Made by a program: the position numbers and the translations under genes
The notes under the pieces: generated by a model
What the model was told of the DNA's origin: nothing
Seen by the model: the letters and a program-made list of their open reading frames with translations, nothing else
Databases searched by the model: none
Source of the DNA: Macrostomum lignano
Lineage: Eukaryota
Direction: 5' to 3'
DNA: 64,000 nt
Assembly: GCA_002269645.1 (NCBI GenBank)
Contig: NIVC01000975.1
Coordinates: forward strand, 248,001 to 312,000
Part shown: positions 43,682-56,167 of the stretch, piece by piece
Layout: every line of letters begins with the position of its first letter
Position numbering within the stretch: the first letter of the stretch is position 1

Positions 43682-46600
43682 TCACTCCTTCTTCTTATGC
43701 TCGGCAGCTTCGTCTCGATGGTACAGAAACACGAACGAGAACAGGAACAGGCCAGCCATCATGCTGAAGGCGGATACATAGTAGGGATAGGCGGCCACAA
43801 TGAACCGGTCGTACTGGGTGTGACGCAGAGGTCTCACGGACACCAGTGTAGAGCTGTGCAGTCCAGTCAGGCCTACCCTAGTATAGTCCACCTTGAACTG
43901 GTAGACTCCGTACACGTCTGGCAGTTGGAACTCGGCTCGGAATGTGCCTTTACCGTCAGAGCGAAGATTGGTGCGAACGAACGGGTCGATGCGGACGAAC
44001 TCCAGCTGCACGTCCGAGCCCTGCAGTTTGAAACAGTTGCTTTTGGGTTTTAAATATACTGTTTATGCTGACACTGGGCCCCGCACAGGGGAACCGCAGC
44101 CTTTTCTCAGACTTACACACAACAGGGCTAGGGCTTCTGGGCTTTTCAAGGCTTCTTCGGGCATTTTCATGCCGCAATCCTTCAGAACCTCCGACTTTTC
44201 AGGGCTTCAGGCTAGGTAAGGCTCCCTCCGGTTCTTCAGGTGAGGCTGCCACAAGCCCTGAGACCCTCCGACTCTTCAGGTGAGGCTGCCACAAGCCCTG
44301 AGACCCTCTGACTCTTCAGGTGAGGCTGCCACAAGCCCTGAGACCCTCCTGTTCTTCAGGTGAGGCTGCCACAAGCCCTGAGACCCTCCTGTTCTTCAGG
44401 TGAGGCTGCCACAAGCCCTGAGACCCTCCTGTTCTTCAGGTGAGGCTGCCACAAGCCCTGAGACCCTCTGACTCTTCAGGTGAGGCTGCCACAAGCCCTG
44501 AGACCCTCCTGTTCTTCAGGTGAGGCTGCCACAAGCCCTGAGACCCTCCTGTTCTTCAGGTGAGGCTTCCACAGGCCCTGAGACCCTCCTGTTCTTCAGG
44601 TGAGGCTGCCACAAGCCCTGAGACCCTCCTGTTCTTCAGGTGAGGCTGCCACAAGCCCTGAGACCCTCCTGTTCTTCAGGTGAGGCTGCCACAAGCCCTG
44701 AGACCCTCCTGTTCTTCAGGTGAGGCTGCCACAAGCCCTGAGACCCTCCTGTTCTTCAGGTGAGGCTGCCACAAGCCCTGAGACCCTCCTGTTCTTCAGG
44801 TGAGGCTGCCACAAGCCCCGAGACCTTCCTATTCTTCAGGTGAGGCTGCCACAAGCCCCGAGACCCTCTGACTCTTCAGGTGAGGCTGCCACAAGCCCCG
44901 AGACCCTCCGACTCTTCAGGTGAGGCTGCCACAAGCCCTGAGACCCTCCTGTTCTTCAGGTGAGGCTGCCACAAGCCCTGAGACCCTCCTGTTCTTCAGG
45001 TGAGGCTGCCACAAGCCCTGAGACCCTCCTGTTCTTCAGGTGAGGCTGCCACAAGCCCTGAGACCCTCCTGTTCTTCAGGTGAGGCTGCCACAAGCCCTG
45101 AGACCCTCTGACTCTTCAGGTGAGGCTGCCACAAGCCCTGAGACCCTCCTGTTCTTCAGGTGAGGCTGCCACAAGCCCTGAGACCCTCCTGTTCTTCAGG
45201 TGAGGCTGCCACAAGCCCTGAGACCCTCCTGTTCTTCAGGTGAGGCTGCCACAAGCCCTGAGACCCTCTGACTCTTCAGGTGAGGCTGCCACAAGCCCTG
45301 AGACCCTCCTGTTCTTCAGGTGAGGCTGCCACAAGCCCTGAGACCCTCCTGTTCTTCAGGTGAGGCTGCCACAGGCCCTGAGACCCTCCTGTTCTTCAGG
45401 TGAGGCTGCCACAAGCCCTGAGACCCTCCTGTTCTTCAGGTGAGGCTGCCACAAGCCCTGAGACCCTCCTGTTCTTCAGGTGAGGCTGCCACAAGCCCTG
45501 AGACCCTCTGACTCTTCAGGTGAGGCTGCCACAAGCCCTGAGACCCTCCTGTTCTTCAGGTGAGGCTGCCACAAGCCCCGAGACCTTCCTATTCTTCAGG
45601 TGAGGCTGCCACAAGCCCTGAGACCCTCCGGTTCTTCAGAGCTTCAGTCTGCAGCACCCCCCTTACCCTGAGAAGCACGCATATTAAATGGGAAAACAAA
45701 GCAGTCACCTGGAAAGGCTCCCAGCGGCCGGTCTCGGGCTTGTAGATGTCAATAGTGATGGAGTACTGCACGAGATCCTTGACGGTGTAAAACTCTGGCG
45801 GGGCAGATTCACCGGCCAGGCTGTGCTTGACGTCACGGAAGCGAAGTACGCCGCGCTGTTTGAACACCCACTGGGACAGGGACAGGGCCAGGTCCCGGTT
45901 GCCGCTCAACTGCGAAATGCGATTGTTTGAGGATTTTTACAGCTAGTTTGAGGAGCAGATTAACAGACGGACAGGTTGGCTTAGAGAGTGATATATAAAT
46001 GGGGAGTAAGGGTAGAGGGGATCTAGACAGGGAAAGAGTTGATTTCTATGGTAGAGAGCGGATCTACAAGGTTTGGAGCGGATCCGGGAGTAAGGGAACG
46101 CATCTGGAGAGAGCAGTTCGAGAGGGTTGGGGAGAGCATCTGGAGTGTAGAGAGGAGAGAGCAAATCCAGAGGATAGAGCGGCTCTAGTGGGTAGAGAGC
46201 GGATTCAGAAAATATAGCGGATCTAGAGGGTAGAAAGCAGATCTGGAGGTAGAGAGAGGATCTGGAGGGTAGAAAGAGAAACTAGCGATAGAGAGAGTAT
46301 TTGGAGGGTAGAGAGCAGATCTGGAGATAGAGAGAGGATCTGGAGGGTAGAGAGCAGATCTGGAGGGTAGAGAGCAGATTTGGAGGGTAGAGAGCAGATT
46401 TGGAGGGTAGAGAGCAGATTTGGAGGTAGAGAGCAGATTTGGAGGTAGAGAGAGGATCTGGAGGGTAGAAAGAGAATCTAGGGGTAGAGAGAGGATTTGG
46501 AGGGTAGAGAGCCGATCTGGAGATAGAGAGAGGATCTAGAGGGTAGAGAGCAGATCTGGAGGGTAGAGAGCAGATCTGGAGAGTAGAGGGCGGATCTAGA

Positions 46601-48732
46601 GGGTAGAGAGCGGATCTGGAGGTAGAGAGCGGATTTGAGGAGTAGAGAGCGGATACAAAGGTAGAGAGAGGATCTGGGGAGTAGAGAGCGGATCTGGGGA
46701 GTAGAGAGCGGATCTGGGGAGTAGAGAGCGGATCTAGAGGTAGAGAGCGGATCTGGAGGTAGAGAGCGGATCTGGAGGTAGAGAGCAGATCTGGAGGTAG
46801 AGAGCAGATCTGGAGGTAGAGAGCAGATCTGGAGGTAGAGAGCAGATCTGGAGGTAGAGAGCGGATCCAGAAGGTAGAGAGCGGATCTAGAGGTAGAGAG
46901 GGCCTGGTCAACGGGAGAAAATCTACCCTCAAGAGTTAGGTAGCTTAGATAAAGGGCAGGCAGTCAGGTAGACCCATAAAAAGGCAGGACTACAAACCTC
47001 AGAAGCGGCAATACCAGAAGCGGCGGCGTCGGCGGGCTCCACAGCGGCTCCGAAGAATTCGTCGGAGAAGAATTCCAGCGAGCCAACAAAAACGGCCCGG
47101 GCATTGTTGCGAGCCTGCAGGCCGGCAATGAGCAGAGCGGCCTGGCCAACAGCATTGGGATAATCGTCAATTGATCGCTCGGGATTGAAACTGTAGGCGG
47201 TGCTGTCGGCGTGCAGAATAGGCAGCACTAGGGGATTAGCGGAATCGGCTGTCATGGCAACTCCGCGATAGAGCAGCGGCTTCAAGCTGGCCTTGGCATT
47301 GTCCCCGATAATGATGGGAGCGTCCAGCAGGTTGCGCTTGTCCGCGATGACCAGAGTGTGCCGGCCAGTGTCCTTGGCGTCGTAGCGCAGATGGTCGATC
47401 AGGGCGGTTTTCTCTTCGTCGTATTCGACTCCGCATTCGGCCGCGAGTTCGCGCACGGCCTCGCCGATGCTGGAGCTGCCAGCCACTAGTAGGTTGCCGC
47501 CGTTGTCAACGAAGTCGGAGATGGCAGGAGTGTTCAGCTTGCCGCCGAATTCTGCCATTGTGGGGCGTGGTGGGAGCATGTTGGTGAGCTGCTGTCTGGG
47601 GTGACCTTTAGAGGAGATCTGAAGGCTTTTGTGACCTCTAGATGAGATCTGCTAGCTTGGGTGACCTCTAGATGAGATCTGCCAGCTTGGGTGACCTCTA
47701 GATGAGATCTGCTAGCTTGGGTGACCTCTAGATGAGATCTGCCAGCTTGGGTGACCTCTAGATGAGATCTGCTAGCTTGGGTGACCTCTAGATGAGATCT
47801 GCCAGCTTGGGTGACCTCTAGATGAGATCTGCAAGCTTTGGGTGACCTCTAAATGAAATCTGCTAGCTTAAGTGACCTCTAGATGAGATCTGCTAGCTTG
47901 GGTGACCTCTAGATGAGATCTGTTAGCTTGGGTGACCTCTAGATGAAATCTCCTAGCTTGGGTGACCTCTAGATGAGATCTGCTAGCTTGGGTGACCTCT
48001 AGATGAAATCTCCTAGCTTGGGTGACCTCTAGATGAGATCTGCTAGCTTGGGTGACCTCTAGATGAAATCTCCTAGCTTGGGTGACCTCTAGATGAGATC
48101 TGCTAGCTTGGGTGACCTCTAGATGAGATCTGCAAGCTTTGGGTGACCTCTAGATGAGATATGCTAGCTTGGGTGACCTTTCGATGAGATCTGCTAGCTT
48201 GGGTGACCTCTAGATGAGATCTGCTAGCTTGGGTGACCTCTAAATAAGAGCTGCTAGCTTGGGTGACCTCTAGAGTCTAAATCATGAGATCTGCTAGCTC
48301 AAAAAAACTTTAACAATGATATTCAGAGAAAAATTGCATTAGCAATATAAAATTGACTAATTTCAGAGTGCAAAACAAATTACCTCGAACAGAAGGGGCA
48401 AAGATGATCAAGTTGTCATAGAGAAACTCGCCATATTTAGTCAAAGTAAGGGTAGAGTCGTCAGCAGTTCGGAATGACAGCTCAAAGCCTTTATCTACAA
48501 TTGGAAATGTTAAATAAACCAATATGTAAGTTAAATGATTATTTCTAGATCTTTTAAATAATAAAAGCTTTAATAAAAGGATGATATGAAACAAAAAATA
48601 ATGTTTTCCATGTTATAAATGTACCCATGCAAGGAAAGAATCCTTTTTAGCCTTATAGGTTGATTTTTTCTCTAAAATGTGTAAGTCTAAACTAAATTCT
48701 AAAAGCTTTTTATATTTACTTAAATAAACCCT

Positions 48733-48764
<32 letters not shown>

Positions 48765-51646
48765 TGATTATACTTGTTCTGATGGGCAGATAACCTGTTT
48801 TGTAGATTTTAAGCTTCATATTTTGGTATTAAGTACAATAATTCAAGTCCTTGAGTGGTACAATATCAATTATTTTTGGGTGTTTCTTGTCATGTGATAA
48901 CTTTAAATACAAGCAATTTATACAAAAAACTAAACGTTGATTTAAAAATAACAAACTAACATTTCTTTAATATTTTCTATTGAAATAATCCTTAAATAGT
49001 AAACATAGAATAAAATATGCATGTTAAACATAAATAATAAAGAAAACTTGCATTATTTCACAATTTTGGTCATTTTATTTTCCGTTGCAAAAAATAGCAA
49101 ATTGCTAGATTTTGTCTTAAATATTTGGTTTCTTGTGGTTTTAATGGCAGCTTTTTTACTATATTCAAAAACTTTTTTTGCTGTACCAAAACATCATGAC
49201 CTTAATTTGAGAACTACCCATGTGTCTTTACTTTTTTTTCAATGCTAATTTTTTGTTTAAATGTATAATAAAATATTATCTGAATTGCTGCTCAAACAAT
49301 TGTGTTATTGCAATTTTGTTTAAAAGTCATTCCTTTTAAAATTTTGACAATTAAAGCCAAATTGAACAATCAGAGGATGAGAAAGGCTTTTGGTTACAAG
49401 CAAGTTAAAGCTAGAAATGCTAAAAGAAAAAAATTATTACCAAAATTGAGAATCAAAACATAAAGTTTAAAACTGTAAAGTTAGGAAACAGTCTATAGCT
49501 ACAACTGTCTATAGGCAAAATGGTTTAGGGGCAAAATGTCCATGGCAAAACAGTTTATGGGCAAAATGCCTATTGGAGCTTACTAGACAATCATTGTCAC
49601 ACACTGGTACCACTGATACAAACTAGTTTGAAGAAGGCTGGACTGTTAAGGAAGCATATATATCAATGCATTATACTCGTAAATTAGAGCAACTATTGTC
49701 ACAAAGCTGCATAATGCCAGATTTTTATTGGACATTGATCATGTGACTAGTCATTGTTCTATTTATTTAAATGCAACTCTATATTTGATATTCTAAAAAG
49801 AAAGAGTTACAATTATTTAATATATCTAATATAACCAATTATTAGTGTTCCGCCATAAGGAGGGTCTATGTACCATAGCTGTAGCTGTAAGCAAAACTAT
49901 GGCTTATTCCAATTTTCCATAATCTGTAGCCATAGGACCTTAATATTACCATATTCTTATAGTTCATATAGCTGTAGCCATAGTTTTAACAAAAGGTCTC
50001 AAAAACAAAATATTTTGAATCAAGAAGATAACCTGGTGTTTAAACAACTGCAAATTAATTTAGAAAATAAAAGAAACATTTAATTGCCTTTGTAAGATTA
50101 CATTTCATCTTTTTACAGAGCAACAATACTTAATTGCTACTGAAAGAACTAATGCTAAACTTTTTCACATTAATAAAAATTAGGAGTTTGCTAGTGTTTT
50201 ATTGTACTTTATTAGCTATTCTATAAGTTTCTAAGTTGATAATACAGTTTACTAAAGTATCTTTGTTTTACTCTACCTGTTTATAGTATTTTTTCAATTT
50301 TTAAAATTAATAACTATGGCTATGGGAATCTATGGAATGTGATAGCAACTACTATATTTCTATAGTCGTAGCCATAAGAGCAGCTAGCTACCGTAGGCAT
50401 ATCTGTAGGCCTAGCTGCTATAGGCACCTATTTTACCATATTTTGCCCCATAGTCAGAAAGGTGGCCTTTGCCATGGAAAATTCCGGTGTACACAAGGGG
50501 TCCTTAGTGCATGTGGCACATAATTGTGGCGCATGCAGCGTATAAGATCCCTGATATATAGGGTGCTATACACAACTTTGGTGCATAAGGAATCAGAATA
50601 GAATCTTTATTAGCATAAAACTGGCATAGCATATTGAGTCTGCATGAATTCTAAGAATTTTGTAAATTTGTCAAAAAATACATAAAATAAGGGCACAGAC
50701 ATGGCACATAGATAGTGCATAGACGGCGCACAAATGGCGCATAGATGGCATATAGATGGTGCATAGATCATCCCAAAAAAATATTCTGGCACATACTGTG
50801 CCACCTTCCTAACTATAGATTTTGCCATAGGATCCCATATGGCCATAGTTATAGCTATAGCTATGGCGGAACACTACCAATTATAATTACCATTAATATA
50901 AAAGATATTCAAAAAAATCTGAAAATAAGTGATTTTCTTAGGAAATCTAAAGAATACAAAAGACCATTTCTAATGTATGACAATGTGAATTAGTTTCTCT
51001 TGTGCGGATTCTACCTAGACCAGAGAAGTGCTTTGGTAACTTTTTATATTAGATAACAAAGTGATACTTTGTTGTTTTACTTATATTTTTATTATTGAAT
51101 ATCAACACTGGGTAGTAACCCATTAATTTAAAATTTGTAATTATATAATGATGAGCAAGCCTAATGAGTAGGTCTTTAAAACAATATCATAAAATGTAGT
51201 AATATATCTTTCTTATAAAAACATTAGAACTTCTGTAATGGAAAATATTTATGCCTGGGATAAACAGAGCCTAACTTAAAATTAAACTTCAATTTTTCTT
51301 CATAGGCATGATAGGCAAGCCTGTTGATTTATTTTAGGACCATTTCAATTATTAGGCCTAACAGGCCTATTTTTTGGCTGCAAGCAAAATTACATGTAAA
51401 AACATTAGTTCTATTCAGAAGATATAATCAGTATGTTCGACTGACAAAAATAAAAAATCAAACCCTCATTTCGATTAAGTTTTGTCGATATACTAAGAAT
51501 AAAAGCTTACCTCGGAGCAACTTGAAATATTGAGAGAAAGATTCACGGAACGAAAGATTCTCTAGAAGCACAAGAGTTCTTTTAGTGGTGCATAGTGCCA
51601 AAGGCATACACACCAAAAAAACGATGGCAAAGAAGGAAACTCTCAT
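43682..51646 (-). CDS. DDOST: Dolichyl-diphosphooligosaccharide-protein glycosyltransferase 48 kDa subunit (OST48/WBP1), 446 aa, 5 exons
   Basis: Exons 51646-51511, 48494-48384, 47551-46998, 45909-45709, 44020-43682 total 1,341 nt and are phase-consistent. Signal peptide; [14 protein letters not shown]; [14 protein letters not shown]; [20 protein letters not shown]; [13 protein letters not shown]; [14 protein letters not shown]; [12 protein letters not shown]; TM segment followed by C-terminal dilysine KKKE. Confidence 0.97.
44225..45640. repeat. 40-bp minisatellite, ~35 near-identical copies, DDOST intron 4
   Basis: Unit CTTCAGGTGAGGCTGCCACAAGCCCTGAGACCCTCCTGTT. Confidence 0.97.
45985..46900. 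repeat. 19-20-bp minisatellite, DDOST intron 3
   Basis: Unit GGAGG(G)TAGAGAGCAGATCT. Confidence 0.93.
47590..48300. repeat. 30-bp minisatellite, ~23 copies, DDOST intron 2
   Basis: Unit CTAGCTTGGGTGACCTCTAGATGAGATCTG. Confidence 0.96.
49843..50876. mobile_element. Non-autonomous hAT-type DNA transposon (1,034 bp) in DDOST intron 1
   Basis: Perfect 15-bp TIR TAGTGTTCCGCCATA (49843-49857) / TATGGCGGAACACTA (50862-50876). 8-bp TSD CCAATTAT at 49835-49842 and 50877-50884. Subterminal CCATAG/CTATAG/CTATGG motifs. Confidence 0.92.
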
Positions 51647-52532
51647 ACTTTTATTAAGAATTTCAGATATCAATCCGATTGGCGATGTGCAAGAATGAAT
51701 GCAAAGAATAAGGACCTCGGGATAGATAAAATTAATATTAAAAATGGAAACGTAGCAAATCAGATTCGAATCATACTATTTTGTGCAATCCTTTTCAATT
51801 TTATACTAATTTTAATTTTCTACTACAATTTTACATTTGTTTTTACTGCAAGAATAATAGTTTTTTGTTTTGCTAAACTATTTGCTAATACAATTTGTTT
51901 AGCAGGTTACCACGTGTAGAATTTTCATTTGGCAGCGGTTTTCAAAATTGAAAACTGGTCCTAGATATGTATTGTTAGAACATGAATTTAACAACACTCG
52001 ATCTGGATCTGCTGCAACTTTATCCACATGTCAAATGTCTGATCCATCCTCATTTTGCTTGATAGATGGTAAATGTATGATAAAACTTCGATTTATCAAC
52101 AAAAAATCAGATTAATGGACAAATTGACCGCTAAGTGAAAAATTGCGCCCAAAATGCATGTGGCCATATGCCTGCATGTGCTACTACACTCGCGCCAACA
52201 CGCACTTCTAAACAACTTGTTCACATTTTTAACACACTCGAACGATCATTATATTACCATCTAACTGCAAGGCGCAAACAGGGAAGTCTTTGTATAGTAT
52301 TTATTATTTTTATGCAGTGAATTTTCATGCCACACTGGCATAGTAGTGAATTTCCTTCAAAGAAAATCAAAGTCAAACGTGGTTAATCTTAAAGTTCCAA
52401 ATATCTCTCCGAATTGAAATTAAATATTGCATGATTTTTTCTCAGCGAACATTACAATGCGTCTTTTTGTGCTTTCAAGTCCCAACATAAAAGTTCAAAA
52501 TCTCGAGTAAAAATAGTCTGAAAAATCTATCA

Positions 52533-53884
52533 TCAGCCATGCAGCATCTCGAGTTTCCAGTCCTCTGAGTTCTTCTCAAACTCGTCCGTGTGCTTGTTGT
52601 GGTTGACGATCTCCCATTTCTTCATCCACGGACCGGACATGAGGATGTTGAACTCGTCGGCTGCGCTATCGTCCCTGGCCATGGACTCCAGCTGGGCTCT
52701 GTTCCGGTCCACAGAGTCGAAGCTGTCCCAGTCTGGCCGGAAGTCCGGCTCCCCGTCGCGGCGCACCTCACAGGTGGGCTTGAGGCCTAACGTGCCCGTG
52801 CCCGTGCGCTGCCAGCGGAAGTCGGTGGACCAGCGCACCACGTCCGAGCGGTTGTTGAGGCTCCGGTGCGGTGTAAAGTTGTTGAACAGAAGGAAAGAGC
52901 CGTACGGCACGTCAAGAGTCACGGCGTCCTTGGCCATGTCCATGCCGAACTCTTTCTCGATGGTGTCCTCGTCCAGGTCTATGTACCAGGTGGGCCCGGC
53001 GCAGCAGGTGTGCTTGGCGATGTAGCCGTCCCGGTGGCAGCCCGGCACTATCTGCAGGGTGCCGTTCTGCTCGTTGGCGTCCAGCAGCGGCACCCAGGCG
53101 GTGACGATGAGCGCGTTGTAGGACTCCACGTCGAAGTAGCCGCTGTCCTGATGCCAGGGCACCGTGCTGCTGGCAGCGTTGTTTGGCGTTTTGGTGCGCA
53201 GGTTCCACACCGGGTTGAAAGAGATGTTCGGGCCGACGATGTCCTCGAGCAGGTTCAGCATTCGCTCGTGAGCGGCAATGGCCCGGAACGAGGGCGGCAG
53301 GTTGGGCGTCATTTTGATCAGCACTATGTTGGCACCGGGGAAGTCGCGCTCGATGGCGCAAAGGCGGTAGTAGAATCCGAGGCCCTCGTGCTTGTCTGGC
53401 GTGGGTAGAGCGACACGAGTTTCTTTGATTTTTTAACATTCAATTATAGCTAATCAAGGATAAACACACTGTAAACCTGCTGAGTTGCTGATATCGGCTG
53501 ATCTCGAAAACTAACTGCTTTGATCATACCGACAGAGGGTTTAAAAACCAGCTGCCTTTGATCATGCCGACAGCCACGGAGCATCAATACCACCACAACC
53601 GCCATCATTAATGGCATCGCCAGTCAAATCACCTTATCTTGCCGGCATTGTACAGTTTGTCTGCCAGCTCCGAGACTTTCGCCGCAATGTCAACCTTCAG
53701 GGCGTCCAGCTCCTCTTTGGCGAAGAAGTCTCGCACCAGGGTGAAGCCTCGAGTGTAGAATTCGTCCAGCTGTGCCCGACTCAGCTGACCCGGCTTGTTG
53801 CCTTTGGCCGGCCGCTCCTTGAACAGCTCGGGGTGCCGCTCAGCCGTGTAGCCTGCTTACTGGACTCCTTTCTTGACTAGTCAT
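52533..53884 (-). CDS. Phytanoyl-CoA dioxygenase (PhyH) family 2OG-Fe(II) dioxygenase; 2 exons, 5' part has unresolved phase problems
   Basis: Exon 53395-52533 has NLRTK, VPWHQDSGY (HxD), TAWVPLLDANEQNGTLQ, PHRSLNN and RWSTDFR. Upstream exon ~53884-53633 encodes HPELF..GQLSRAQLDEFYTRGFTLVRDFF..LYNAGKI. Confidence 0.85.
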
Positions 53885-54799
53885 GTTTCTGTATAAGCTG
53901 TTTCAATTCCGGGGGTACACTCTCTAGATACGAAATTCATGTTTTTGGTTAAAGTTTTCTAGGTTATATGCTGGCTGAAAAGTAAGTTGCTGAAATTTTT
54001 TATCTTTGTTGGTACTACACATGTACTTTATGATATCTCTGAAAGCAAAGCTGCAGAAAGGCAGACACTGGCTTGTGCCCTTAAGGCCAATAGACAGCAG
54101 TCTTACTGAGCCTCGAACAGTTTTAGCAGACTGGTAAAATTTAACATACATGTGCTAGAGTGCATATAAATTTATGCTTATATCAATTAGACTACACTTT
54201 TAATAGAATTGCAAAGCATTGGATCCCCATTCAGTAAAGCCGAAATAAGCTGCGATAGATGACACCCACCTGAACTCCAGGTGACACTGTTGTACCCTTT
54301 TATAAAACTAAAAGTAGCAAGAGGCCAACTAAGAGGTGTTGCTACCCACGCGCCTATTCGTACTGATAAGTGTGTCCACTGTTTTTTGTGGGCTGGTTGT
54401 CAAGGCTCTTCAATAGTCTCGAGAGTGATAAAGCATAGAATCCGAGTCTTTTTAAGGCTGGATGAACACTGGATAACTATTACAAACGCTGCACCTTTAT
54501 CTGGTCCAGGGCTGTCAGAGAACCTGATGTTTGTGAATGCTGCACAGCTTAAACATGAAAACAGGGGAAAGGCAGGGATTTTTTTAGAATACACACATAT
54601 ACTGCAACATGCATTCTTAGTATATGGAGATGCAAACCGTCCAAGGTATTCTGCAACGCTCTTACGCATAGAAATCCTTCACAGCGCATCTTGAAAAATA
54701 AGCAAACAACAACTCAATTTGATGATAATTCAACATGCTCATCGGAATTTAGTTGGAGTTATTTATCGGACATCTCGCAGTACTAGTAGCACATTCTTA

Positions 54800-55045
54800 C
54801 GGATTTCCAAACATTCCAACATAAGCAGTCTTATACAGAACAGGAATTTTGAATAGTCTGAAGCACCGTTTGGAACTGTTGCAGATCTCGTATGGGAAAA
54901 AGCAGTCAACGTCGGCTTCGCAGGGCTGATTCGTGTCGCCTTGAATGTCATCGACGAACTGCTCCTTAGTCGGGTCGCCGTAATCCAGCTCGAGGTAGTG
55001 ACTGAACAGCGTGACTAAAGCTAGCGTTGCGATCAACAGGGCCAT
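54800..55045 (-). CDS. First exon of a small putative secreted Cys-rich protein
   Basis: Hydrophobic N-terminus MALLIATLALVTLFS, motif CEADVDCFFPYEICNSSKRC, and a strong GTAAG donor after GNP. Downstream exons are not resolved. Confidence 0.5.
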
Positions 55046-55201
55046 TGACGGTCACAGCCGTACGATTAAAATGTCAATTAAATAGGGTCAAAATATAAGA
55101 TCGAAAAGTTCAAGCTGATTGCTCCCTTCGCAAAGCAGTGGCAGTAGTCCAAGCAGTATGTCTGTGGCCAATCATCAAACACTCATTATCTGCTTCTAGG
55201 G

Positions 55202-55435
55202 CAGGAGTCAGCAAACTTTTTTACCCCCAGGGCCAGATAGAAAACCTAGGGAATGACTTCCGGCCGGAGGAGGGGAGAGAGGAGAGGGGAGATGAGACGA
55301 GACGAGGAGAGGAGAGAGGAGATGATCGAGAAGAATATAGAAGAGAGAAGAGGTGAGGAGAAAGAAAGAGATTAGAGTTATTACATGTAGAAGAGCGCTA
55401 AGAGATTAAGAAGACTAAATTTTGTAAGTTTGCAA
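55202..55435. mobile_element. hAT/Charlie-like MITE remnant with a GA-rich interior
   Basis: Left end CAGGAGTCAGCAAACTTT preceded by TTCTAGGG (similar to the NTCTAGAN target), followed by GGGCCAGAT and a GA tract. The right end is degenerate. Confidence 0.55.
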
Positions 55436-56167
55436 GCATCAATTCAATCCAATTAACAAACATAGACTTCGATGACTGGAAGAAACAATTAAATTTGTCG
55501 TTCCGGGGGGAGCAAAGAAGAAGTACCAATGGATGGTGGAGGCTTCTTGAGCATGGAACAAGAAATCCGAGCCCAATGGCCTCAACATCTGACCAATTGG
55601 TTGATAATAAGAGGTTCGTACCAGAGTGGAGCTCGATACTGTGCTTCTACGAGTTGGAGGGCTTTTTCAGTTTGCTGCAGCATCTCTTCAATGACAAAAA
55701 GCCATGAAGCCTGTGGGAAGAATTGCTGAAAAACTACAGCAATTTATATGGCAGAAGTACCTGCCACAGAAACCGACCTCATGCATCCCAACTGTGACAT
55801 GGCCTTTACGACAATGTCTACGTTCCACACACAAGCAACGACGCTTCTCTAATGGAAATTCCTTAGTAAGATAACCGTAAAGAATACTCGCTTCATCCAG
55901 TCTCCATCGCCACCCTCTAAATGCGTTGAAGACATTGTCGACATCGGATACTTAGCATTCCGTCCAATTAAAATAAGTTAATCTAACAATAAACAAAGGA
56001 TATTCCAGAGAAAATTTTCCACATAAGCAACAGGCTTTATACTAAATATATTTTTTCGTTATCAAATATAACCAAATGAGCAATAAAAGTTGGTGCAGCA
56101 AAATATTTCCTTAAGTATTTTTTTGTAATTACACTGAGTCGCCAGGGACAAGAGGAAGCCTGGAAAA

